From Syntrophales bacterium (GTDB lineage: Bacteria > Desulfobacterota > Syntrophia > Syntrophales > UBA2210): a stretch of 64,000 bases of DNA. Under the pieces are notes generated by a model, which was not told where the DNA came from, did no database searches, and saw only the letters and a program-made list of their open reading frames with translations. The DNA lies in the NCBI GenBank assembly GCA_963662405.2, contig CAXXKT010000002.1, positions 381,675-445,674 of the forward strand. The letters run 5' to 3'. Of this stretch, positions 50,015 through 59,202 are shown one piece after another; the first letter of the stretch is position 1; each line of letters begins with the position of its first letter. The position numbers and the translations under genes were made by a program.

Positions 50015-50968
50015 ATGGGAGACATCACAGCGGCCGACAAGGTTGAAATCATTACCCTCCAGGACAACTCCATCGAGATGACCGCCCAGGACAACAGTGC
50101 GGTGGTCTCGCGGCCCAGTTCGATCCGGAATGGCGAGATATGCAATTCCGTCCTGGCCGAGCATGGTTTTTCGGCAATTATCAGGACCACAAAGGGGAAC
50201 CGGACACGAACGCTGCTCTTCGACTTCGGTTTCTCACCGATCGGGGCAGCCTATAACGCTGAGCTCCTTGGGGCCCCCATGGAAGAGGTCGAGGTAATGG
50301 TACTCTCTCACGGACACAGCGACCATACCGGGGGTATCGCCAGGTTGACCCGCATGATCGGCAGACCCGGGATCGGGCTCGTCCTCCATCCCGCCGCCTT
50401 TATCCCCCGCCGCTATCTCAGGTTCTCAAAAGAAGTCAAGGTGTTCTTTCCGACACTGACCCGGCAGTCGCTGGAGACGGAGGGAATCAAGATCATCGAA
50501 ACAACGGCTCCCTCCCCCCTTCTGGACGGTCAGGTCCTCTTCCTGGGTGAGATCGAACGGACAACAACCTTTGAAAAGGGGTTTCCCATCGCCTACCGTA
50601 CGAACCAATCCGGTGAAGAAGAGTGGGATCCCATCGAGGATGACACCGGTATCGCCGTGAACGTAAAAGGGAAAGGCCTCGTCGTTCTGTCCGGCTGTTC
50701 TCACGCGGGAATCGTCAACACCGTTACCCACGCCCGGAAGGTCACCGGAATCGAGAAGGTGCACGCCGTGATGGGGGGATTTCACCTCGCCGGGCCGCTC
50801 TTCGAACCGATCATCGAACCGACGACGGAGGGACTCAGGTCATTCGATCCCGACTACGTCATACCCTGCCACTGCACGGGGAGAAAGGCTATCATGCATA
50901 TGGAGCAGGCCATGCCGGATCGTTTCATCTTCAACATGAGCGGAACGAAACTGACCTTTACCGCCTGA
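50015..50968 (+). CDS. MBL-fold metallo-hydrolase (COG1237-like)
   Basis: AEHGFS, LFDFG, SHGHSDHTGG, GCSHAG, GGFHL, PCHCTG. Confidence 0.9.
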   Translation: MGDITAADKVEIITLQDNSIEMTAQDNSAVVSRPSSIRNGEICNSVLAEHGFSAIIRTTKGNRTRTLLFDFGFSPIGAAYNAELLGAPMEEVEVMVLSHGHSDHTGGIARLTRMIGRPGIGLVLHPAAFIPRRYLRFSKEVKVFFPTLTRQSLETEGIKIIETTAPSPLLDGQVLFLGEIERTTTFEKGFPIAYRTNQSGEEEWDPIEDDTGIAVNVKGKGLVVLSGCSHAGIVNTVTHARKVTGIEKVHAVMGGFHLAGPLFEPIIEPTTEGLRSFDPDYVIPCHCTGRKAIMHMEQAMPDRFIFNMSGTKLTFTA

Positions 50969-51052
50969 TACACGCCAATCATCAATTCCATCGAGGAGAG
51001 ATCGCGCCGGTCACGGACCCGGCATGATCTCTCTTTGTTTCTTTCATATCTC

Positions 51053-51081
51053 TTGACATCACACCACAATAAGTATATAAA
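51053..51081 (+). promoter_or_regulatory. Near-consensus sigma70 promoter
   Basis: TTGACA-17 nt-TATAAA. Confidence 0.6.
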
Positions 51082-51157
51082 ATCCAAGAGGTTTGGGTTT
51101 TTTGGTTTGGTTCAACCCTGGGATGCCCGTGGAGGGAGAAATATGGCACGATTAGCT

Positions 51158-51193
51158 AAGGCCCTGTTTTTAGGACGGAAACAGGGCTTTGTT
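51158..51193 (+). terminator. Terminator-like hairpin within the leader of the CGGC gene
   Basis: GCCCTGTTT...AAACAGGGC stem followed by TTTGTT. Confidence 0.55.
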
Positions 51194-51272
51194 ATGTGTG
51201 CTGAACGCTCGATGTCGGAGTCCTCACATATACATACACAGGATTGATCATATCCAAACGGCGAGGAGAGAC

Positions 51273-51722
51273 ATGGGAACAACAAAAAAGATAGGGATCA
51301 TCATCTGTGATCGCTACCGTCGCTGTGCGGGGGGAAAGTGCCTGCGGGCAATGAAGAACAGAGAGGGGGCGTTCAGCATATACGCGGATGCCGAGGAGAT
51401 AGAACTGGTCGGGTTCACGACGTGCGACGGCTGTCCCGGTGGGAACATCGAATACGCGGGCGAGGAGATGGTGAAAAACGGGGCGGAGGTCATCCATCTG
51501 GCCACCGGTCTGGTCGTCGGGTACCCCCCCTGCCCGTACATCGATACCTTCAAGGCCTTCCTCGAAAAACGTTACGGCGTGGCGGTCGTCGTCGGGACCC
51601 ACCCCATACCGTCGAAGTACCTCGCAATGCACGCCCATCTCGGGACATGGAAAGAACCCGCCTGGGAACCGCTCATCGCCCCCACCATGACGGATGAGGC
51701 GACCCGGGAGCGGTACGATTGA
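51273..51722 (+). CDS. CGGC-domain metal-binding protein
   Basis: KIGIIIC, CAGGKC, CDGCPG, IHL, CP, GTH; RBS GAGGAG. Confidence 0.88.
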   Translation: MGTTKKIGIIICDRYRRCAGGKCLRAMKNREGAFSIYADAEEIELVGFTTCDGCPGGNIEYAGEEMVKNGAEVIHLATGLVVGYPPCPYIDTFKAFLEKRYGVAVVVGTHPIPSKYLAMHAHLGTWKEPAWEPLIAPTMTDEATRERYD

Positions 51723-51894
51723 GAAATGGCACGGAAGACCATGTATTTCTCGAGTGGGCAACAATATAAGAAAACCCGGAGACGTAGCGTTTCTCCAAGA
51801 TATATTCGACAAACGGTATCGGTTGGGGGAAGCGGTGGATAGCATCACCATCCCCAACGTGGCGACAAATTGGAGATGACGGAGGAACCCCACC

Positions 51895-54189
51895 ATGAAA
51901 CTCCAGGCCAAGTTACTGATTTTGTATACCCTCAGCGCTTCTTTCATCATGATTGCCCTTGGGGGCGTCCTCTATTGGAACCTGTGGAATCAGAACATTC
52001 GTTCGATCCGGGCAGATGTAACAAACGAACTGCGGCATATTGACTTCTCTCTCAATGCCTTTTTCGATGAAATAGAGGCCGGCATCAACGCCCTCGCGAC
52101 AAATGACACAGTAGGGGTGAGGGATGACAGCGGTTTTACCACCTTTCTCGACGCCGACGAAAAAACGTTCACGTACCATATCGGGGAGTCCGAACAGAGG
52201 ATCATCGATATCTTTCATAACTACCTCCTGACACACCCGCACGTCAACTCGGTCTACATGGGAAGAGAAAACGGTAGCTTCGTGCGGTCTCACAAGCGGG
52301 CCCGTCCGACCCGCTATGACCCGCGACAACGCCCATGGTATGTGCTTGCCAAAGAGAACCCGTGGGAGGTGATGAAGACCGAGGCATACCGGTCGGTAAC
52401 GACCTCGGATGTCAATATCGGCATCGTCAGGGCATTGAACGATGAGAGGGGTGTTTTTTACGGGGTCGTGGGGATCGACCTCACACTGGCCACGCTCACA
52501 GACTACATCTCAAATTTCAAGACCACTTCTCTCGGGAAAATCCTTCTCATAGATGCAAAGGGCGTCATCCTGGCGGGACCCTCGGAAGACATGCTCTTTC
52601 AACATGTCCGTGACTACTCGCCTGCCTTCTGGGATATACTGACGGAATCAGACCGGGGATGCCCCTTCCTCACAATAGGGGGCACGAGCTACGGCGTCTG
52701 TTCCATAAATTCCAGCGAACAAGACTGGAGAATCGTCGCACTTCTCCCTTCCGCGCATATCAAGGAACAGATCATCAGCCAAATCGTGATGACGGAGGCG
52801 TGGCTGCTGGTCGGTTTGGTATTACTGACCATTCTTACTCTGATCGGGCTCAGGGCCTATGTGGTACGACCGTTAAAGCGGTTCACCGAGGAGACGGCCT
52901 ACATCGCCCGAACGTCGAACCTGGAGCACCGCATCGATATCACCTCGCGCGACGAAATCGGGATCCTGGCGGATTCCTACAACGGGATGATGGACACCCT
53001 CAGCCGCGCCGAGACTGATCTGCGCCGGTCGGAACGGCAGTATCGCGATATCTTCAACAACGCCATTATGGGGTTCTATCAGAGCACCCCGGAGGGACGC
53101 TGGCTCAGTGTCAATCCGGCCATGGCTATCCTGTTCGGCTTTGAGACGCCGCACGAGATGGTCTCCGGTGTCGAGGATATCCAGCACGAGCTGTACGTCC
53201 ATCCGGAGGATCGGGACCGGTTTAAAAGACTCTTCGAGGAAAGGGGCATCGTCAGGAGATTCGAGGCGGAATTCAAGCGCCTGGACGGATCGCAGTTCTG
53301 GGTGTCGATCAACGGGACAGCGATCCGCGACGAGAACAGGGAAATCCTCTATTATGAGGGGACGGTTGAGGACATCACGGAACGCAAGCACGCGGAAGCC
53401 GAGCTGGCCCTCCACCGCGAACACCTCGAACTGCTGGTTAAAGAACGAACGGCCGAACTCGAGATCGCCAAGGAGCGGGCGGAATCCGCCGACCGTTTGA
53501 AATCGGCCTTTCTGGCCACCATGTCGCACGAACTGCGCACTCCCCTCAACTCGATCATCGGATTTACCGGTATCATCCTCCAGGGGATCGTCGGACCTTT
53601 GAACGACGAGCAGACAAAACAGCTCACCATGGTGAAGGGCAGCGCGCAGCACCTCCTGGCGCTGATCAACGACGTCCTCGATATATCAAAGATCGAGGCG
53701 GGACAACTCAAGGTCGTCAGCGAGCCCTATGATCTGCGACGGAGCATCGAAAAGACTGTGGGGAGCACGCGCCCCCTCGCCGAAAAGAAGGGGCTTGATC
53801 TGACTTGCACGATTTCCCCCGATATCGAGACGGTAACGGGCGATCCCCGGCGGGTGGAACAGGTCCTCCTGAATCTGATCAGCAACGCCGTCAAGTTTAC
53901 GGAGCACGGATCCGTGACCGTGGAATGCGAACGGAAAGAGGACATGGTAACGCTACGGGTCATCGACACCGGCATCGGTATCGGGAAAGAGGACCTTGAG
54001 ACGATCTTTCAACCCTTTCGACAGGTCGAATCAGGGCTGACCCGTAAATATGAGGGAACGGGGCTGGGACTGTCGATCTGCAAACGACTGGTGGAACTGA
54101 TGGGAGGGACCATCCGGGTGCAAAGCGTATGGGGCCGCGGGACCACCCTCGAGATTTCCCTCCCCACGGATGAAAGGAACGGAACATGA
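51895..54189 (+). CDS. Cache-HAMP-PAS sensor histidine kinase
   Basis: YDPRQRPWY Cache motif; FLATMSHELRTPLN; GTGLGL. Confidence 0.93.
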   Translation: MKLQAKLLILYTLSASFIMIALGGVLYWNLWNQNIRSIRADVTNELRHIDFSLNAFFDEIEAGINALATNDTVGVRDDSGFTTFLDADEKTFTYHIGESEQRIIDIFHNYLLTHPHVNSVYMGRENGSFVRSHKRARPTRYDPRQRPWYVLAKENPWEVMKTEAYRSVTTSDVNIGIVRALNDERGVFYGVVGIDLTLATLTDYISNFKTTSLGKILLIDAKGVILAGPSEDMLFQHVRDYSPAFWDILTESDRGCPFLTIGGTSYGVCSINSSEQDWRIVALLPSAHIKEQIISQIVMTEAWLLVGLVLLTILTLIGLRAYVVRPLKRFTEETAYIARTSNLEHRIDITSRDEIGILADSYNGMMDTLSRAETDLRRSERQYRDIFNNAIMGFYQSTPEGRWLSVNPAMAILFGFETPHEMVSGVEDIQHELYVHPEDRDRFKRLFEERGIVRRFEAEFKRLDGSQFWVSINGTAIRDENREILYYEGTVEDITERKHAEAELALHREHLELLVKERTAELEIAKERAESADRLKSAFLATMSHELRTPLNSIIGFTGIILQGIVGPLNDEQTKQLTMVKGSAQHLLALINDVLDISKIEAGQLKVVSEPYDLRRSIEKTVGSTRPLAEKKGLDLTCTISPDIETVTGDPRRVEQVLLNLISNAVKFTEHGSVTVECERKEDMVTLRVIDTGIGIGKEDLETIFQPFRQVESGLTRKYEGTGLGLSICKRLVELMGGTIRVQSVWGRGTTLEISLPTDERNGT

Positions 54190-54569
54190 AGGGAACAATC
54201 CTCGTTATAGAGGACAACGAGCAGAACCTGTACCTCGTCAGATTTATTCTTGAGCGAAGCGGATATGAAGTCTTCGCCGCTCTGGACGGTGAATCGGGTA
54301 TCGAAATGGCCGCTTCGATCAGACCCGATCTGATCCTCCTGGATATCCAACTGCCCGTTATGGATGGACATACCGTCGCCCGTACCCTCAGACAAAACGA
54401 GGAACTGGTGAATACCCCGATCGTCGCGGTGACCTCCTATGCGATGCCCGGCGATAGAGAGAAAACCATTGAGGCAGGGTGTAACGGGTATATCGAAAAA
54501 CCGATCGATCCGCTCACCTTTATGACACAGGTTGAAAGGCATTTCCCGGAGCGAAAGAAAGGTGAATAA
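54186..54569 (+). CDS. Single-domain response regulator (DivK-like)
   Basis: IEDNEQN, LLDIQLP, VTSYAMPGD, KP. Confidence 0.92.
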   Translation: MKGTILVIEDNEQNLYLVRFILERSGYEVFAALDGESGIEMAASIRPDLILLDIQLPVMDGHTVARTLRQNEELVNTPIVAVTSYAMPGDREKTIEAGCNGYIEKPIDPLTFMTQVERHFPERKKGE

Positions 54570-56444
54570 ATGGCCGCACACATCCTGATCGTCGACGACA
54601 GCAGCACCAACCTCTATATGCTGGAGTCCCTGTTGAAGGGACACGGTTTTGACGTAACCTCGGCCGAAAACGGGAAAGACGCCCTGGAGAAGGCCCGCCT
54701 CACCCCCCCGGACCTGGTCGTCACCGATATCCTCATGCCGGTCATGGACGGCTACGCCCTCTGTCGGGAATGGAAATCGGATGAAACACTGAAAGAAATA
54801 CCCCTGATATTCTATACCGCCACCTATACGGAGTCTAAGGATGAGGCCTTCGCCCTCGGCCTCGGCGCCGACCGCTTTATTCTCAAGCCCGAAGAACCAG
54901 ACGTCCTCATCGCTGAACTCCGGGAAGTTCTGGACACGGGCTACGCCGCAAAACAGGTCGCCCCAAAACCCCTCGGCGAAGAGATGGAGTACTTCAGGCA
55001 GTACAATGAAATTCTCTTCACAAAACTTGAAAAGAAGATGGTGGACCTGGAGACGGCGAACCGGGAACTCAGGGCCCTGGAGGAGCGGTACCGGCTCAGT
55101 TTCGAGAATGCCTCGGATGTCATCTGCGCGGTCGACACCGATCTGGTTATCTCCGACATATCTCCCAGTCTTCAAAGACTGCTCGGATATCATCCGGACG
55201 ATCTCATCGGTCAATCCATCCCGGACCTCGGATACCTCTTTACGGCGGCCTCCTTTGAACAGCTCCGAGCAGAGATGAGCGTGGCTCTCCAGGGTGAAAT
55301 AATCACCGGGTCGATTCATCAGCTCATCACCAAGGGTGGCGAGCTGAAGGAGGTTGAAATCAGTAAATCCCCCATGGAACGGGACAACGGGATTGTCGGC
55401 GTCATCTGCGTCGGCCGCGACATCACGGATCGCAGACGGGCTGAGGAGGCCCTTCGGGAGAGTGAGAAAAAATACCGCCTCCTGGCCGATAATGCCAATG
55501 ACGTCATCTTCGTCCTGGACATGGACCTGAATTATACCTATATCAGCCCTTCCGTAAAGATCCTCAGAGGGTTTGACCCGGAAGATGTGGTGGGTACATC
55601 GGCTTCCCACACATTGACTCCACCTTCATGGAAGACGGCAATGGAAACGTTCGCTGAGGTCATGGAACGCGAAAAGACCGAACCGGTCATATCCCGGACC
55701 CTTGAACTGGAGATGAAGCGAAAGGACGGGACGATCGTGTGGACGGAGGTCAAGGCCTCATTTATCAGGAATGAAGATCAACGACCGGTGAGGATCCTGG
55801 GAGTAACCCGCGATATCACCGATCGCAAGCGGGTGGAAGCGCATCGTCAGGAGACGCTCGATGCTCTCAGGAAGGCAGTGGAGACGACCATTCAGGTCAT
55901 GGTCTCCACCGTGGAGGCGCGCGATCCCTATACGGCCGGGCATCAGCTTCAGGTCGCGAACCTCGCCCGCGCCATAGCCGAAGAGATGGAACTCCCCCCG
56001 GAGCAAATCGACGGGATTGTGATGGCGAGCTCTATCCACGACATCGGAAAGCTGGCCGTCCCGGCCGAGATACTGACCAAACCGGGACGGTTGAGCGACG
56101 TAGAGTTCGCCATGATTCAAGAACACCCCAGGGGTGGATATGAGATCCTCAAAAATGTGGAGTCCGACTGGCCTCTGGCGGAGATCGTCTACCAGCACCA
56201 CGAGCGGATGGACGGATCCGGTTATCCGCGGAACCTGAAGGGCGATGAGATCCTGATCGAGGCCCGCATCCTCGCCGTCGCCGATGTCGTGGAAGCAATG
56301 GGGTCCCATCGACCGTACCGCTCATCGCTGGGGCTCGACGCGGCGCTGGATGAGGTTGCCGGAAACAGAGACATCCTCTATGACCCGGCGGTGGTAGACG
56401 CCTGCCTGCGGCTGTTCCGTGAGAAGGGGTATACCCTTGCATAA
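54570..56444 (+). CDS. REC-PAS-PAS-HD-GYP phosphodiesterase
   Basis: TDILMPVMDG; two PAS; RDPYTAGH, HDIGK, HHERMDGSGYP. Confidence 0.93.
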   Translation: MAAHILIVDDSSTNLYMLESLLKGHGFDVTSAENGKDALEKARLTPPDLVVTDILMPVMDGYALCREWKSDETLKEIPLIFYTATYTESKDEAFALGLGADRFILKPEEPDVLIAELREVLDTGYAAKQVAPKPLGEEMEYFRQYNEILFTKLEKKMVDLETANRELRALEERYRLSFENASDVICAVDTDLVISDISPSLQRLLGYHPDDLIGQSIPDLGYLFTAASFEQLRAEMSVALQGEIITGSIHQLITKGGELKEVEISKSPMERDNGIVGVICVGRDITDRRRAEEALRESEKKYRLLADNANDVIFVLDMDLNYTYISPSVKILRGFDPEDVVGTSASHTLTPPSWKTAMETFAEVMEREKTEPVISRTLELEMKRKDGTIVWTEVKASFIRNEDQRPVRILGVTRDITDRKRVEAHRQETLDALRKAVETTIQVMVSTVEARDPYTAGHQLQVANLARAIAEEMELPPEQIDGIVMASSIHDIGKLAVPAEILTKPGRLSDVEFAMIQEHPRGGYEILKNVESDWPLAEIVYQHHERMDGSGYPRNLKGDEILIEARILAVADVVEAMGSHRPYRSSLGLDAALDEVAGNRDILYDPAVVDACLRLFREKGYTLA

Positions 56445-56569
56445 TACCGTCTTCTTGTGATCCCTCTTCCATCCATCGGCGGGAAATCCGTCGAAAAATC
56501 AATGTTATCGCAATACCCGATATGATATACTATACGTGAAATCGCGCTGCACGAGTGAAAGGTAAGTAC

Positions 56570-58858
56570 ATGACTACACGTATCCTGATCGTCGACGACG
56601 ACACCACCAATCTGTATATGCTGGAGGCCCTGCTCAAGGGGTACGGCTACGATGTGACCTCGGCCGAAAACGGCAGGGAGGCACTGGAGAAGGCCCGCAT
56701 CGACCCCCCGGACCTGATCGTTACCGATATCCTCATGCCGGTGATGGACGGCTACGCCCTCTGTCGTGAATGGAAATCGGATGATGCCCTCAAGGGGATA
56801 CCCCTGATATTTTACACCGCAACCTATACCAGCGCGAGGGATGAGGCCTTTGCCATGGGCCTCGGGGCGGACCGGTTCGTCCTCAAACCCCAGGAACCCG
56901 ACGCGCTGATCGCCGTCATACAAGAGGTCCTGGCAGACCATCGCGAGGGGTGTGAACCGTCAACCCCCCTCGGCGATGAGATGGAATTTCTCCGGCAGCA
57001 CAACGAGTCCCTCTTCCGAAAGCTCGAGCAGAAGATGTCGGACCTGGAGACTACCAATCGTGAACTGAGGGCCTTGGATGAACGATACCGGCTCAGTTTC
57101 GAAAACGTCTCGGACATCATCTGCACAATCGGAACCGATCTCGTCATCACGGATATATCCCCGAGCATCAAGAGACTCATGGGACTCAAGCCGGAGGATA
57201 TCATCGGCCGATCCGTTACCATCTGGGAACAATTCCTGACGCGCGAATCGTTCGAGCTCTTAATGAACAACATACACCGCATTCTGGAGGGAGAGATCAT
57301 CCCGTCGGCGACGTATGAATTTATCCTGAACAATGGAACCACGGCATACAGCGACATCAGCGGCTCTCCGCTTGTCCACGACGGAGAGATCATCGGCTTG
57401 ATCACCGTCGCCCGCGATATCACGGGTCGCAAGCGGGCGGAGGAGAAACTCCAGGCCGAACTTGAGAAACGAGAGGAGTTGGAATTCATCGTCAACCACA
57501 GCCCGGCCGTGGTCTGGCTGTGGAAGGCCGCACCGGGATGGCCGGTGGAATACGTCTCCGACAGCATCACCCGCTTCGGATACACCCCCGATGACTTCAC
57601 CGGCGGCAGGATCGCCTATCCCTCCATCGTTCACCCCGACGACCTGCCGCGGGTGGGAGAGGAGGTTGAACGGTACACCGCCGAGGGAAAAACGGAGTAC
57701 ACACAGGAATACAGAATCATTGCAAAATCAGGTGCGATACGCTGGATCGACGATCGAACCTGGGTGCGGAGGGGGACAGACGGGTCGGTGACCCACTACC
57801 AGGGTATCGCCGTCGACATTACCGACCGCAGAGAGACGGAGAATGCCCTGCAGGAGGCATACCGACGGCTCGATGATATCATCGATTTTCTCCCGGACGC
57901 GACCTTCGCGGTCGATCGTGAGGGAAAGGTCATCACCTGGAACAAATCAATGGAGCGGATGACCGGAATCCCCACAACCGATATGGTCGGCAAGGGGAAC
58001 CACAAGTATGCCGTCCCCTTGTACGGCCGGCAAAGAAGGATCCTCGCCGATCTCATCATCAGGCCGGACGATGACTTTGAACGGAGCCACTACGAAAATG
58101 TCCACCGGCACGGCGAGACCGTATACGCAGAGAGCCATGCCCCTTGTATCTATGGAGGAAAGGGCGCCTTCATGTGGAGCATAGCGTCACCCCTCTTCGA
58201 TACGGCCGGGCATATCATCGGCGCGATCGAATCGATCCGAGACATCACGGATCGCAAACAGGCCCTCGACAGACTCAAGAGTGCGATTGAAACGACCATC
58301 CAGGTCGTTGTGGCCACCGTTGAAGCACGGGACCCCTACACCGCCGGGCACCAGATCCGGGTCGCCCAACTCGCCCGCGCCATCGCCGAAGAGATGAAAC
58401 TCCCCTCCGAGAAGATCGACGGGATCTTCAGGGCGGCCTCTATCCATGATATCGGAAAGCTGTCCATCCCGGCCGAGATATTGACCAAACCGACGGCCCT
58501 GACAGACATCGAATTCGCACTGATAAAGGAACACCCGAAGAAGGGATACGAGATCCTCAAGGATGTGGCATCAGACTGGCCCCTGGCCGAGATCGTCTGG
58601 CAACACCACGAACGAATGGACGGCTCCGGCTACCCCCGGGGCCTGAAGGGGGATGAAATCCTGCTCGAGGCCCGGATCCTCGCCGTCGCCGATGTGGTCG
58701 AGGCGATGGCCTCCCACCGGCCGTACCGCCCTTCGCTCGGCATCGAACCGGCGCTGGAGGAGATCGCCAACAACGGGGGAATCTTCTATGACCCAGACGT
58801 CGTTGACGCCTGCCTGCGGCTCTTCCATGAAAAGGGGTATGCTTTCACCCTCCCATGA
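56570..58858 (+). CDS. REC-PAS-PAS-PAS-HD-GYP phosphodiesterase (paralog)
   Basis: Same REC and HD-GYP motifs as the previous gene; three PAS. Confidence 0.93.
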   Translation: MTTRILIVDDDTTNLYMLEALLKGYGYDVTSAENGREALEKARIDPPDLIVTDILMPVMDGYALCREWKSDDALKGIPLIFYTATYTSARDEAFAMGLGADRFVLKPQEPDALIAVIQEVLADHREGCEPSTPLGDEMEFLRQHNESLFRKLEQKMSDLETTNRELRALDERYRLSFENVSDIICTIGTDLVITDISPSIKRLMGLKPEDIIGRSVTIWEQFLTRESFELLMNNIHRILEGEIIPSATYEFILNNGTTAYSDISGSPLVHDGEIIGLITVARDITGRKRAEEKLQAELEKREELEFIVNHSPAVVWLWKAAPGWPVEYVSDSITRFGYTPDDFTGGRIAYPSIVHPDDLPRVGEEVERYTAEGKTEYTQEYRIIAKSGAIRWIDDRTWVRRGTDGSVTHYQGIAVDITDRRETENALQEAYRRLDDIIDFLPDATFAVDREGKVITWNKSMERMTGIPTTDMVGKGNHKYAVPLYGRQRRILADLIIRPDDDFERSHYENVHRHGETVYAESHAPCIYGGKGAFMWSIASPLFDTAGHIIGAIESIRDITDRKQALDRLKSAIETTIQVVVATVEARDPYTAGHQIRVAQLARAIAEEMKLPSEKIDGIFRAASIHDIGKLSIPAEILTKPTALTDIEFALIKEHPKKGYEILKDVASDWPLAEIVWQHHERMDGSGYPRGLKGDEILLEARILAVADVVEAMASHRPYRPSLGIEPALEEIANNGGIFYDPDVVDACLRLFHEKGYAFTLP

Positions 58859-59202
58859 TATGCCATCCTTTTCTGCCTCCCGCCCCCACGGGTCACATTA
58901 TCAATACGACGATAGCGCATCGATTTCGAAGAATATGTTTTTGTTGACATATCCATGCAATCGAGATAGAAATCCTGCGCATATAAATGGTAGCGGGGCC
59001 CTGATCTCCTCCCTTCCGACCCTGGCCAACGACTCACGAGGGAAACCGGCAATTCGGTCAGACAAATTCCGGTTCAAGAGCTGCAAAGTGTGTCATTGCA
59101 CTCATTGGGGATACATGAAATACCGTCAGGGTCTGCCTTGGATGAAGAAGAATCCAATCAATCTCAGGACCAGGCGGCCACAAGCCGAAGGAGCCACACG
59201 TG

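Noticed and set aside
51144..51157. TGGCACG as a sigma-54 -24 element (also at about 51727)
   Set aside because: No GC/TTGC at the required -12 spacing.
58975..59200. Possible c-di-GMP-I riboswitch in the long leader (contains GGTAGCGGGG)
   Set aside because: The GGCAAA / GNRA P2 / GCAAA elements are missing.
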